The notes below the pieces were generated by a model. It saw only the letters and a list, made by a program, of their open reading frames with translations. It did not search any database and had not been told where the DNA came from. A stretch of DNA of 63,927 nt, filler included, from Stramenopiles sp. TOSAG23-2 (lineage: Eukaryota): assembly GCA_900128395.1 (NCBI GenBank). It is 17 parts of 17 records of this genome, joined end to end, with 100 filler letters (N's around TTAATTAATTAA, not from the genome) between each part and the next. Parts side by side here need not be neighbours in the genome. Positions count along the whole stretch, not along the records: positions 30,250 to 34,461 come from LT650956.1; positions 34,562 to 38,769 come from LT650957.1; positions 38,870 to 43,077 come from LT650958.1; positions 43,178 to 47,378 come from LT650959.1; 13 more parts are not named here. The stretch is one strand, 5' to 3'. Below are positions 33,695 to 45,423 of this stretch, piece by piece. Position 1 is the first letter of the stretch, and every line of letters begins with the position of its first letter. Both the position numbers and the translations under genes were made by a program.

Positions 33695-34561
33695 TACACA
33701 CACATCATATTCATATATATATGATAGTAAATGTTTTTATCAAGAGATTTAATATATATATACGAGTATATATATAAATGTTTAATACAAATGTCACACG
33801 AAACGACAAACAAAAGCAAAATATTTTATTACAAATATAAAATAGTCACGTATATACTCGTAATATTTATAATCCTCTTGTTTGAAAAAATGAAATTAAA
33901 TATTTGATAATATATGATATTTTAATTATATAATGCATATTTCTGGATTTCATATATCATAATATCATATAATGATGGTTAAAATCTAAGTTATGTGAGA
34001 GATATAAAATAAATTTATAATAATATATATATATTATCCAGATAGTTACTGGCTGTTGTTCACAACAGGATCTTTCACTTTGACAGCCTCACCGTTTTCG
34101 AATGAACCCGACGTCTAGCGCGTTCAACGAACGAACATGGAAGGATAGAAACCTACTCATGCTTGTGGAGTATTAGTTTGCACAGGTGCATTAGAGCTTT
34201 ACTATATCATACTTCGTATCATAGTATGATATCATATGATATACGAAGTAGGATAGAATTATTATTCTTAAGATTGAGAGTATTGAGCATATTTACTAAG
34301 CACGGGAAGTAAAATTATTATAACTTATAGATTTTAACCATATCAATAATATCATACGAACGTGTATTATATATATATATATATTATGATACTTCGTATA
34401 TGATATATATATGACAATACAAAAACATTTAGATTGATTAAACCATGTGATTTACAACTTTNNNNNNNNNNNNNNNNNNNNNNNNNNNNNNNNNNNNNNN
34501 NNNNNTTAATTAATTAANNNNNNNNNNNNNNNNNNNNNNNNNNNNNNNNNNNNNNNNNNNN

Positions 34562-35525
34562 TGTATATAATGTTGTATATGGATTGTTCTATTTGGCGGT
34601 GGCAATTGCGCATCTGGCGATGCAACCAACTGGTTGCGACGTTACCACATGGGCAAATGGCTGTGTTAACAAGATTCCTTTCTGTAATACTTTGTTTACA
34701 CCCACCTGTAATTGCGCTTCATTAATGATAGAAAACAATAAATCGCTGGTAAAATTGCCTAATTCGTTGGCAGACGAGATGACGGGGCTGCGTAAACTGT
34801 ATATACGCAATTGCAATTTGACAAATTTACCGCCCAACATGGAACAATTAACGGAGATGGTGGATTTTGAGATATCGTTTAATCAGTTACAAACATTTGA
34901 AGTAGATATATTGAAATGGAAAAAACTAGATAGTTTAGTGCTGATTTACAATGAACTAGAAAGTTACAATCAGGCTGCTTTATGGGCACATCCACATCTC
35001 GGCTATCTTGATGTGTCAGATAATATTGGTATGGAATTGCCAAGTGCTGAAACGAAAATTGCAATGCCTTTGCTACGGTATTTTGGGTGTAGAAATAATA
35101 GTATAACGATTCATCTTCCATTTGATAAGAATCGCTTTCCAAATCTTATAGATTTATATGTCAATGGCAATCGATTAATCGAATTTCCAGATGCATCGTT
35201 ACAAGAAACGCTTCAGTATGTAGGTGTTGCTAGATGCGATTTAAAAAATCTGCCATCGTATTTGGCTGAATTTAAGCAATTGCAATACTTAGATGCACGG
35301 GATAATAATATTTCAGAGGTGAATGATGACTTGAAGATGTTGATAAGTAAAAACGAAGTAGAGTCGTATTTTTCAGACAATCCGGTGTGCAATACAGATG
35401 TGACTTTAGATTGTGAGCCATTATGCAGTAAATATTGCGGAAGTAAAAATGTGGTAGCCGATAAGTTCTGTCATCCCGAATGTAACTCAGAGGAGTGTCA
35501 GTACGATGGCAGTGATTGCTTTTAA
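34562..35525 (+). CDS. Leucine-rich-repeat protein with C-terminal LNR/Notch-like motif (5' partial)
   Basis: LxxLxLxxNxL-type repeats; terminal FCHPECNSEECQYDGSDC. Confidence 0.88.
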
Positions 35526-35613
35526 ATCTTAATATTACTAATTAAAAATTATTTTATCAAAAATAATTTACCAGTTGATATGATACGGCTTTTTTGAATA
35601 AAAAAAAATACAA

Positions 35614-37300
35614 CTAGCACCCCTTTCGATGACCCATCAACAATCGCCTCCTCCTACTCTGCACACTCGACGTAAAAGTTAACCCGGTAAAATCAACCTG
35701 TGTATCACCCATTTTAACACTCCATTCTAATGTTTCGCAATTGTCTCGGATAAACTGACTAATATCATTTGGAATCACACCATTCCAAATAACAATATCT
35801 CCATCAACGGTTATTTCTTTTCTATCTTTCATATCGTTCACCCATTTTTTTAACTTCCTAATCTTTTTATCTTCTTTTTCATCTTCTGTCTCGCTGTTAA
35901 CAATTTCAATGGTCACTGGCTGTTCAGCATCCATTTGATTCTCCATTTGAAATTCCATTCCACTGATAGCACCTTCTCCATACATATCAAGATGCTTTGG
36001 AATGCCACAATTACCTTCGTTCCTTTCAGTTTCATCAACCGGGCATCGACTTGCTGCTTGATTATTATTAATTTGTTGCCATAAGTTTATGCATGTCATT
36101 TCCTCGGCTTTTGGTGGACCAGAATGCGATTTGGCGCGTTGCAATGTGTCTTTACATTGCAGATCGGTATATTTTTGAATCAGCTTTTTGCAAAAGCATA
36201 ACATCGAATTGTAATTGGAAAATAGCTCCTTCGTGTAGTTGAATTGTATTGCACTTGTATCTTGACTTATTTCAGTATTATAACGTTTTGTTGTATCAGC
36301 GATTTTAATTTCTTTATTGCTAAAGTCTCTAGGATCTTTGGTTTTTGCACTGATCTTTTCAGCTTTTTTTTTTTTTTTCTTCTTCTTTTTTTCTGTTTTG
36401 TCTTTTTCTCCAATTGCTTCTTTTTTTTCTTTTCCTTATGTTGCTTCTTTTTTTTCTTTTCCTTATGTTGCTTCTATTTTTTCTTTTCCTTCTTTTCCTT
36501 CGCATGGTTTGTTCCTGTTGCGACGTTCGTTGATCTACCTTTAAGAATGCATCCGTTGCCAATAGTCGGAATGGTGTTCCTAGTGTCTCTCCTTCTTTCA
36601 CTGTTGCTGCCGTTTGCCTAAACTGTGTTGCCACAGCACGTCTACTTAATAATGACCTACTTTTCTCTGCAGCACGGTTCAGTAATAACCGTTGACTATT
36701 CTTCGTTTCCAGAAAACTTGGCGTCTTTGGCTTTGGGTTTTTGTTGTCATGACATATAGGATGTTTGACCTCTTTTTTTCTTGATTCCATATCCTCCTTT
36801 GTAAGTCTATCGTCTCTTTGATACGCCGCAACAATTTTCCTGTTCACTTTCTGATTCTCCTCTTCTTTTTTCTTCTGCTTCTGTCGTTCTTCTTCTTTTT
36901 TTTTCTCCTGCTTCTGTCGTTCTTCTTCTTGTTTTTTCTCCTGCTTCTGTCGTTGTTCTTCTTGTTTTTTCTCCTGTCTCTGTTCATTTCTTTTTTGTAT
37001 ATTTTGTTTTTTTCTCCGGTTGCTTCTTTTTTTTCTTTTCCTTCCCATGGTTTGTTCCTGTTGCGACGTTCGTTGATCTACCTTTAAGAATTCATCCGTT
37101 GCCAATAGTCGGAATGGTGTTCCTAGTGTCTCTCCTTCTTTCACTGTTGCTGCCGTTTGCCTAAACTGTGTTGCCACAGCACGTCTACTTAATAATGACC
37201 TACTTTTCTCTGCAGCAATCACGTGGAGCGTAATAAATAGAAGAAAACAATATAACAGGTTCTTGTAGATCCTGTTGCTATGCGTGTTGTTTGTCTTCAT
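35614..37300 (-). CDS. Secreted protein with duplicated N-terminal segment, K/E/R-rich linkers, SFLE motif and RRRRLL...C tail; one frameshift in an A15 run
   Basis: Signal-like LLYCFLLFITLHVIA after ATG 37300; removing one base from the run at 36364-36378 gives AEKISAKTKDPRDF...NYNSMLCFCKK, continuous with ORF 35614-36204. Confidence 0.75.
36503..37217. repeat. 172-bp near-identical internal duplication
   Basis: 36503-36674 and 37046-37217 both encode AAEKSRSLLSRRAVATQF...SQQEQTM. Confidence 0.95.
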
Positions 37301-38155
37301 CTTCTTTGCACTGTATAAAAATATCTGATCGATCGTCACTTACAAATACGTAACACGTCTATGAGGTCTTGTAACTAGTTGTTTCTTGTTATGTTTTTTC
37401 GAAAACGTCGTATGCTTTTGTATTATAAACACTTTTGGAAATAAAAATGAATAAAATGTTTCTATTTTATCTTTTCGATACAAATTTGCTTTATAGTAGA
37501 TAAAAGGTTGTTGAATAATATAAATACATAAGTAATTATTCGTGTTCCTCCACTTTTTTTATTCATTTTATTTGGATTGGACTGCTCCTTCCTCGATTTG
37601 GCAGGCCCCTTGTAATCGCTTGCTAGCTACTGAGCTACCCCGCTATCCCCCCGCTATCCCCCCGCTTGCTTGGGCTCATCAATACCAAGGATTGACTTTG
37701 CCGATTTGCCTTCTTTTTAAATTATACACGACGTGGTTCTTTTTTACAATGGAAATATCATATGTATAAACTTTATGATTATTATGCCGGTATTAATATA
37801 TGATGATACAAAGAAGATATTTATTAGCACATTATAATTATTGCACGACATAGAAAAAAAATAATAAAACAGATACTTTTAACGAAACAACTTGATTATA
37901 TAAATATTACAACTTCGTATATTACTATTATTTTAGTTATACTATTCATCAACATAATTATTATACCAGAGAATATATATATATATAATCGTAATAATAC
38001 AGTTATAAATAGTTAGTTTATTATTATTATTACTCGTATTATGATTCTGCAGTAACATATAATCGAACTGGTCAATTTACTCAAGAACACGTATAAATTA
38101 ATAAATAATTGAATAAATTAAAACTCCAATATAGTCAATAACTATTTTCAGAAGT

Positions 38156-38769
38156 TTAAGGCATCGTCCGTTTTTTAAACTTCTGTCGATGCAATTCTTG
38201 TGCTTTTTTCATCATTTGTTCGAGCTTTTGTTGCATGGCTTTTAGTTTTGACGAATTGCCTTTGCCGTCTTCGATCAGACGCTGGACCGTCCTATATAAG
38301 CCCCAGACCTTGGACAAATAGTGTATTTGTCCGTTTTGATCCTGTAATGTAAGTTCAGTCATGTCATGACAGCGTTCAAATAACGTTGCATCACTAATCG
38401 TATCTTTTGGTTTCACGAACTCAAGAGGCCCTTCGTTCGTCCACGAAGGAGGAATCAACGGATTACTTGACATTCTATGAGGCATCATGTCTGTATTCTT
38501 TGCTAGCCTCGTGAACGGTTCATAAATAGTTTTCTTGAAGCAGTCATAAGTGTTGATCACGTTTTTTGAAACATGCGATTCTTCTCTTTGTAATTGAGAC
38601 AAGTAGAAGTCCAACTGAACTGCAACGTCTGTGTCTTGGATTTTATGCTTTAAGTAGCTAATAATGTCCTTTAAGTGCATTCCCGTAACATAGCGCGCCA
38701 AGTGACGATAATTTAGACCAGCATAAGTTGCTAGTCTTAAATGATTTTTCTTTTCTTTTATTGTCAAGT
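38156..38769 (-). CDS. C-terminal fragment of a hypothetical protein
   Basis: About 200 open codons from the contig edge with protein-like composition; no family recognised. Confidence 0.6.
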
Positions 38770-38870
38770 NNNNNNNNNNNNNNNNNNNNNNNNNNNNNNN
38801 NNNNNNNNNNNNNTTAATTAATTAANNNNNNNNNNNNNNNNNNNNNNNNNNNNNNNNNNNNNNNNNNNNA

Positions 38871-41800
38871 AAGTTGGTATATATGTTTTTGACGCATTAT
38901 GCAGATGCTAGTATAGAAATTCGCGAGCTTGCACTTCTAAGTATTAATTCTTTTCAAAAGGATTTAACATCGCCAAACCAATTAATACGCGCATTAGCGT
39001 TAAGAGTTCTTACTGCGATACGGATACGTGAGATTGTTGGTATTCAAATTACTGCATTGACGAAATGCGCTGGTGACAGTTCGCCGTATGTACGGAAAAC
39101 AGCAGCGCATGCATTGACAAAATTGTATAATTTAGACCATGAAACCAAGGATGATTTGATAAATATATTGCAAAAGTTGCTAAATGATAGGTCTACCATT
39201 GTACTTGGTAGTGTCATAGCTGCATTTGCAGAGATATGTCCTGAACGGATGGATTTACTGCATAAGCATTTTCGAAAATTATGTTCACGATTAAGTGATA
39301 TAGATTCATGGGGTCAAATTGTATTATTACGTATATTGACACGTTACAGTAGAACACAATTTTTGAACCCGCGAATTGATTTAAATACGGGGGAAGAAGT
39401 AATAGGAAACCCTGAGCAACATTTATATTCCGAAGGCTCGTCTTTGAACGATTCACTTGTCGGAGCAACAACGTCAATTGCAAAATCAAGTATGCAATCT
39501 GCATTAGAAGCTGCATTAGATTCTGGTGGCAAAGGCTTTTACTCAGATGACGAGGAAGATAATGATAAAATGGCAAAAATGGACAAAGGTGAAAGTAGGA
39601 CAAAGGTCGACGACAATAAGGGCAACAATGATGATACGAAGAAAAATGATAAAGATACGAGTGGTAACGATAATTCAATGAATAAAGTTTCTGAAAGTAA
39701 CGACGAAAAAGATACTCCAAAGAATAATGATGAAAAATCAGGGAAAAAATCAAAAAAAAAGAAAAAGAGAAAAAGTAAAAACGGTAATGATAGCATGGAG
39801 GAAAACAAGGAGGACGAGGAAGAATTTAAACCGGAAATAAAATTGCGCGGAGTGCAAGATAAAGACCATCGAAGATTACTAGCGGCATCGCTTCCACTAT
39901 TGAAAAGTTCCAGTGCTGGCGTTGTCCTACAAGTTGCATCCCTTCACTGGTACTTAGGCTCTAGGAAAAATGCAACTCTAAGTAAAGTAGTTAAAGCACT
40001 TTGCCGACTTGCATTTGGCAACAAAGAGGTTCAAACTATTTTATTGGAACATATGGTAGCATTTGCAAAAGATCGTCCTGAATTATTTCGACCGTATTTA
40101 AGCGATTTCTTTGTGCAATGTGCAAACGACACCAGTACCGTGCGTACATGCAAATTAAAAATGCTATGCTTACTTGCTGATCAATCCAACATCGATCAAA
40201 TTTTACGTGAAATGACTGAATATGTTCGCCATAGTGATGTTGAATTTGGGAAAAGTGTTATTCAATCTGTTGGGCGATTAGCAGCTGATTTTGAAGAGAA
40301 CTATCCCAATGTAATACACGGGTTAACAGCCATGGTTGCATTACCAACGTTGGACGAAGAATTGGTTGGAGAAGCAATTGTTGCTATACGAATGTTGGTT
40401 CAAAAATTCAAGTCAAAAGATATCGAAGCAGAGAAGAAGAAAAAGGAAGAGGAAGACAAATTAGCAGAGGAAAAAAAGAAAAAGAAAGCGGAGGGCGGTG
40501 ATGATGGTGATGGCAATTTGAATGAGTCAGTTGAATTGACTCTTGATGACATTAGTTCAGAGGATGACTCCGATGATTCAGATAATGATAACGATTCCGA
40601 TGATGGTAACGATAAGGACAGCCCTAAATCACAAAAAAAGAAGAAGAAAAGAGCAAAGAAGAAATTAAAAAAGAAAAAGAAGAAATTGAAGAAACGTATT
40701 AAGAAACGAAAAAGAGAAAAGGCACGCCTGATACATGAGGAAAATATGAAAGACCCTGTAATAATGTTAGCACGACTTTTGGATCGTGTGAAGGTTCCAT
40801 CTGCACGTGCTAGCATAATATGGATTATTGGTGAATTTCAATATAAGCCTGCGTTGTTTAGAATGGCACCAGATGCTTTGAGGCGTTTAGCGATCAGTTT
40901 TAAAGAAGAATCAGCTGAGGTAAAATTACAAATAGCAAATCTTGCAATGAAATTATTTTTGCAACGGCAGGATCATGAAATGTTAAAATTGCTCGTTGGG
41001 TATATTATGGAGCTTGGCTTCTATGATTTAAATCATGATGTTAGGGATCGATATAGGTTTTTACGCGGGATATTGCAAACGGAATCTCTAAGAGATTTCG
41101 CTAAATCAATTTATTTAGGGGAAAGGCCGGAACCAGAAATGTCAAAAATCGCGACTTACCAAGACCGTCTGGAATGGGGATCCTTAAGTGTCGTCGTGAA
41201 TCATATTGCTTTTGGTTACACTCATATTCCAGATTTCCCATCTGTCCAGCCAGATGTTAAAGTTCGTGAGCCGCCTGCAATTGTTACACCTGCAAAAAAA
41301 TCGTTGTCATCATCATCATCTTCCACTTCTTCTACGGGTAAAAAATCTATGAGTGCGAAACGTAATAGTGTAAGTCGTAGTAGCAGAAAGAAATCTGCAG
41401 TTGATAGTGACAGCAGTGTTAGTAGTGATACTAGCAGTAGTGATAGTAGTGATAGTAGCGGTAGCAGCAGTAGTGATAGTAGCTCTGATGATGGAGAGGA
41501 TGTTATGTTATCAGATGAAGAGATGGATCTTGCTAATGTCAAACTAGACGATGCATCTGATAATAAGAAACCGAATCGGAAAAGTAAGAAGGAATCTAGT
41601 AGCGATGATTCGGGTGAAGAATCGAGTAGTAGTAGCAGCAGCAGCAGTGGCAGTAGTAGCGACAGTAGTGATTCATCAAGTAGCGATTCGGATGATTCGA
41701 GTGATGATGAGGAAGGGAACGGAAAAAAGAAAAAAGGGAAAAATAGCAAGAAGAAGAATTCTGAAGGCAATGATAGCCCCAAAAATGGGAAAACAAATAG

Positions 41801-42623
41801 CAATCAGAATAATGTTTCACAATCCCCTGTACCACCTGCACCAGCAACAACAATGGATTTGTTGTCTTTCAGCCCAAGTATTTCACCGCAAGTCGGTCAA
41901 TTACCAATGTCTACTAATGACTTAAAATCATATATAGCAATGGACAAAGTGCAAGGGCGTGGATTAGAAGCGAAAGTTAGATTTTTGCGAGATGCCTCTA
42001 GCTTTGGAAATACATGCATCGTGGTTCAACTTAGCTTATTAAATACTCGGGATGAATCTTTAAATGAAGTTGAAGTCAATCCTGATGACGTTGGTGAAAG
42101 CAAAGCATTAATATCTGTTTTTGATAAAATCGAAGTTTTAGACGGTGGGGTTATAAATTGTATGCATGTTAAAATCCATGTTGATTTACGAGTCAAACGT
42201 GATGGTATTAAATTTTCTATACAGGCCAAAGATTTTGGTTCATGCGTGTGTACATTAAATATACCGATTGGGGAGACACTAAGACCGAAGCATATGTCTA
42301 TTGAAGAGTTTAAGAATACAGTAAGCACTTTAGGTGGGATGAACGAAGCATCGACGGAGCTTTCGGGAAAGAAGATCGACGATCTTAATTCAGTTATGCT
42401 AGATATCAAACAACTAGCAAATGTAGGCGAATGTCTTAATGGCCTTGATAATAATAATACAGGCGATGAGCCGTTATTATATTTAGCTGGTGAAGATATT
42501 GTAAATGATACTCTGGTTTTAATTAGAATTAGTGGTAATGGTAATGGTGGTATTAAAATCATAGTGAATTCTTCTGATGTCTTATTAACTGGGCAAATAC
42601 TTGAAGCGTTTGGAAATTTTTAA
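38871..42623 (+). CDS. AP3B: AP-3 adaptor complex beta subunit (5' partial)
   Basis: ALLSINSFQKDL..PNQLIRALALRVL, DSSPYVRKTAAHA, LHKHFRKLC, ARASIIWIIGEF, YDLNHDVRDRYRF, Ser/Asp-rich hinge and appendage domain. Confidence 0.95.
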   Translation, partial: KLVYMFLTHYADASIEIRELALLSINSFQKDLTSPNQLIRALALRVLTAIRIREIVGIQITALTKCAGDSSPYVRKTAAHALTKLYNLDHETKDDLINILQKLLNDRSTIVLGSVIAAFAEICPERMDLLHKHFRKLCSRLSDIDSWGQIVLLRILTRYSRTQFLNPRIDLNTGEEVIGNPEQHLYSEGSSLNDSLVGATTSIAKSSMQSALEAALDSGGKGFYSDDEEDNDKMAKMDKGESRTKVDDNKGNNDDTKKNDKDTSGNDNSMNKVSESNDEKDTPKNNDEKSGKKSKKKKKRKSKNGNDSMEENKEDEEEFKPEIKLRGVQDKDHRRLLAASLPLLKSSSAGVVLQVASLHWYLGSRKNATLSKVVKALCRLAFGNKEVQTILLEHMVAFAKDRPELFRPYLSDFFVQCANDTSTVRTCKLKMLCLLADQSNIDQILREMTEYVRHSDVEFGKSVIQSVGRLAADFEENYPNVIHGLTAMVALPTLDEELVGEAIVAIRMLVQKFKSKDIEAEKKKKEEEDKLAEEKKKKKAEGGDDGDGNLNESVELTLDDISSEDDSDDSDNDNDSDDGNDKDSPKSQKKKKKRAKKKLKKKKKKLKKRIKKRKREKARLIHEENMKDPVIMLARLLDRVKVPSARASIIWIIGEFQYKPALFRMAPDALRRLAISFKEESAEVKLQIANLAMKLFLQRQDHEMLKLLVGYIMELGFYDLNHDVRDRYRFLRGILQTESLRDFAKSIYLGERPEPEMSKIATYQDRLEWGSLSVVVNHIAFGYTHIPDFPSVQPDVKVREPPAIVTPAKKSLSSSSSSTSSTGKKSMSAKRNSVSRSSRKKSAVDSDSSVSSDTSSSDSSDSSGSSSSDSSSDDGEDVMLSDEEMDLANVKLDDASDNKKPNRKSKKESSSDDSGEESSSSSSSSSGSSSDSSDSSSSDSDDSSDDEEGNGKKKKGKNSKKKNSEGNDSPKNGKTNSNQNNVSQSPVPPAPATTMDLLSFSPSISPQVGQLPMSTNDLKSYIAMDKVQGRGLEAKVRFLRDASSFGNTCIVVQLSLLNTRDESLNEVEVNPDDVGESKALISVFDKIEVLDGGVINCMHVKIHVDLRVKRDGIKFSIQAKDFGSCVCTLNIPIGETLRPKHMSIEEFKNTVSTLGGMNEASTELSGKKIDDLNSVMLDIKQLANVGECLNGLDNNNTGDEPLLYLAGEDIVNDTLVLIRISGNGNGGIKIIVNSSDVLLTGQILEAFGNF

Positions 42624-43179
42624 GTGAGAGAGGAATGTGTTGTGTGTGTGCTATTTTTAATTTTCTCTTTTGTATAAATACGATTCGTAAAAAATATATA
42701 AATATCATCATTTAAAACACACGTAATAATATTTTTAAATTTTATATATATGTATACGACTCGTATATATATAAATAATAAAAATAATACGCGAGAGTGT
42801 ACATACAAACGGTTCGTAATATAATTATTACTTCGTACGACTCGTATTTCTTTAAAAAATATAAAAAATACGAACTACGAAGAGCGTAAAATTAAATACA
42901 AATCATCAGTACGCGTATATAAATCATTATATGGTGGCATTTAATTATACTATATATAATGTGTACTACGAACGTACAAGACTTCACAAACTAAATTTAA
43001 TTTTTATTTATTTACGACTCCTTTGTATAAAAACCTATTCCCCGTATGTTCCATATATCACATAATGAATAATATCANNNNNNNNNNNNNNNNNNNNNNN
43101 NNNNNNNNNNNNNNNNNNNNNTTAATTAATTAANNNNNNNNNNNNNNNNNNNNNNNNNNNNNNNNNNNNNNNNNNNNTG

Positions 43180-45423
43180 ATGGCATTAGGTAGTAGTGCG
43201 CCAGAAATTTTATTAGCAGTCGGAGAAACTGTAGGTACATTAGGCAAGCCACCGCAAGATGGTTTAGGACCAGCAACAATTGTTGGTAGTGCCGCATTTA
43301 ATTTATTGGCTATTAGTGCTATATGCGTCATGGCAATACCAAAGGGTGAAGTGCGACGAATTGATGATATCGGGGTATTTATAATCACTGCTTCTTTTAG
43401 TTTATTTGCGTATGTATGGATGTACATATGTTTAATCGATGGTGAAGTAACGGTAGTTGAATCTATCATTACAATAGTTTGGATGTGGCCATTGATACAT
43501 TTATCTTACTGTGCCGATAGAGGTTGGCCATGCTTAAAGAAGAAAGGTGGAAAATCTACAGCTGTACCTACATTGGCAAAAATACGTGTTGGGGGTGATG
43601 CGCAATATGCAAACTCAAAATACATTCAAAATCTCAACGTGGATGGTGCTGCAAAAGAGGAAAGATACAAGGTTGCTAAGGAACCGTTAGAATTGCGTAA
43701 CAAATTGCATACAATGTTAAAGGAGGAACAAGATCCATCGAAATTAGATCCTGACATTTTAGCAAGAGATTTAGCAATGCGTCAATTGGAGGAGGCACCA
43801 AAATCAAGAATGTACTACAGAATCAATGCTCGACGAGGATTGACCGGTGGTAAGCGATTAGGTGTGAAGCGTGGTGGCAGCAAAACGGATTTAATGGACG
43901 CTCAAAAGAAAGAAGCTTTGTTGAAAAAGATGCATTTGCCAGATGTAGAGAAAGAAGCTAAAGCACACCATAGTGTATTTGAGTTTGCAGCTATACATTA
44001 TAATGTGTTCGAAAATGAGAACTTTGTGAGTGTAAAAGTTATTCGAAGAGGTGATACAACAATTGATGCAAGTGTTTTCTATGAAACAAGTAATGGTACA
44101 GCATTAGCGGGTGTTGATTATGATTATGCGTGTGGTGAATTAATATTTAAAGCAAATGAAACCGAAAAAGTTATCAAAATTAACATTGTTGATGATAATG
44201 AATATGAGCCAGATGAAAATTTCTTTGTTCGAATTTATATACGCGACACGAAAAGCAAACACGTATGTGCTGGGCAGGTTATTACAGAAGTTACGATCAT
44301 TAACGATGACGAGCCAGGGGAGATATCATTCGAAGATGGCAAAATGATTTTATCTGAATTGTCAGGTTTGAATAAGCTAAAAATACTTCGTAAAAACGGA
44401 AGTGATGGCACCATACTTTTAAAATATAAAATAACACCAGGCACGGCTGTCGAAGGCATTGATTTTAAGTGTGCGGTTGAAGGAACATTAAAATTCGCTC
44501 ACATGGAAATGGTTCAGTTTTTAGACATTGAAGTAATAAATGATGCAAAGAAAGCTGGTAAAAATCGTGAATTTGACATTGACTTAGAAATTGATGGATT
44601 TCCAGAATGTGGTGTGAAATATGGCATGTTTAGAAAAACAACGGTATCGATAGTAACTGACGTAAAATTGGCAGCTGCTATTGATAATGTAACGGCAAAG
44701 CTTAATGAACATTTAGAAAATTTTGCTGTGGGTAGTGCAACGTGGGCGCATCAATTTAGCGAAGCAATAACATTACATGGTGAACATGGCGAAGAACCAT
44801 CTGCAGTTGATCTAATCTTTCATTTCTTAAGTATAAATTGGAAAGTTTTATTTGCGTTCGTACCACCAACTAGTTATGCCGGTGGATGGGCATGTTTCTT
44901 TACAAGTTTAGCATTTATCGGCGGGTTAACTGTATTTGTTGGAGATGTCGCTGGTACATTTGGTTGTCTACTAGGTCTTAGCCCAACAGTAACTGCAATT
45001 ACATTCGTAGCTTTAGGAACGTCATTACCAGATACGTTTGCCTCGTATGAAGCTGCAGTAGACAGTGACAATGCAGATGCTAGTATTGGTAATGTTACGG
45101 GTAGTAATAGTGTAAATGTTTTTCTAGGGCAAGGGTTGCCTTGGTTAATCGCATCCCTTTATTATGCAGGGAATGCAGATCATAAAGGGACAAACAAATA
45201 CTTCGTATCAGCAGGTGATTTGGCATTTAGTTTAGCAGTTTTTCTTCCATGCGCTATCATTTGTATTGCATTGTTTTTTGTACGAAGGTATAAATGTGGT
45301 GGTGAATTAGGTGGACCTGTAATGGCTAAACAGGTTAGTGCATTTATTATGATTTTCTTGTGGTTCTTATATGTCTTAATGAGTACACTGCAAAGTCAAG
45401 GTATTATTAGTGTCAATATTTAG
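43180..45423 (+). CDS. Na+/Ca2+ exchanger (NCX/SLC8-like) with two Calx-beta domains (5' partial)
   Basis: MALGSSAPEILL, GPATIVGSAAFN, KSRMYYRINA, Calx-beta GTALAGVDY..DDNEYEPDENF, VALGTSLPDTFAS, GNVTGSNSVNVFLG, GGELGGP. Confidence 0.96.
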   Translation: MALGSSAPEILLAVGETVGTLGKPPQDGLGPATIVGSAAFNLLAISAICVMAIPKGEVRRIDDIGVFIITASFSLFAYVWMYICLIDGEVTVVESIITIVWMWPLIHLSYCADRGWPCLKKKGGKSTAVPTLAKIRVGGDAQYANSKYIQNLNVDGAAKEERYKVAKEPLELRNKLHTMLKEEQDPSKLDPDILARDLAMRQLEEAPKSRMYYRINARRGLTGGKRLGVKRGGSKTDLMDAQKKEALLKKMHLPDVEKEAKAHHSVFEFAAIHYNVFENENFVSVKVIRRGDTTIDASVFYETSNGTALAGVDYDYACGELIFKANETEKVIKINIVDDNEYEPDENFFVRIYIRDTKSKHVCAGQVITEVTIINDDEPGEISFEDGKMILSELSGLNKLKILRKNGSDGTILLKYKITPGTAVEGIDFKCAVEGTLKFAHMEMVQFLDIEVINDAKKAGKNREFDIDLEIDGFPECGVKYGMFRKTTVSIVTDVKLAAAIDNVTAKLNEHLENFAVGSATWAHQFSEAITLHGEHGEEPSAVDLIFHFLSINWKVLFAFVPPTSYAGGWACFFTSLAFIGGLTVFVGDVAGTFGCLLGLSPTVTAITFVALGTSLPDTFASYEAAVDSDNADASIGNVTGSNSVNVFLGQGLPWLIASLYYAGNADHKGTNKYFVSAGDLAFSLAVFLPCAIICIALFFVRRYKCGGELGGPVMAKQVSAFIMIFLWFLYVLMSTLQSQGIISVNI

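Noticed and set aside
39214-42562. Antisense and alternate-frame ORFs over AP3B and other long genes (also 6289-6864, 26358-27236, 55498-56032)
   Set aside because: Shadows of low-complexity or repetitive coding sequence on the true strand.
5918-45423. Calcium-signalling gene cluster (NCKX, MLO-EF, NCX)
   Set aside because: The genes are on different contigs; no linkage can be inferred.
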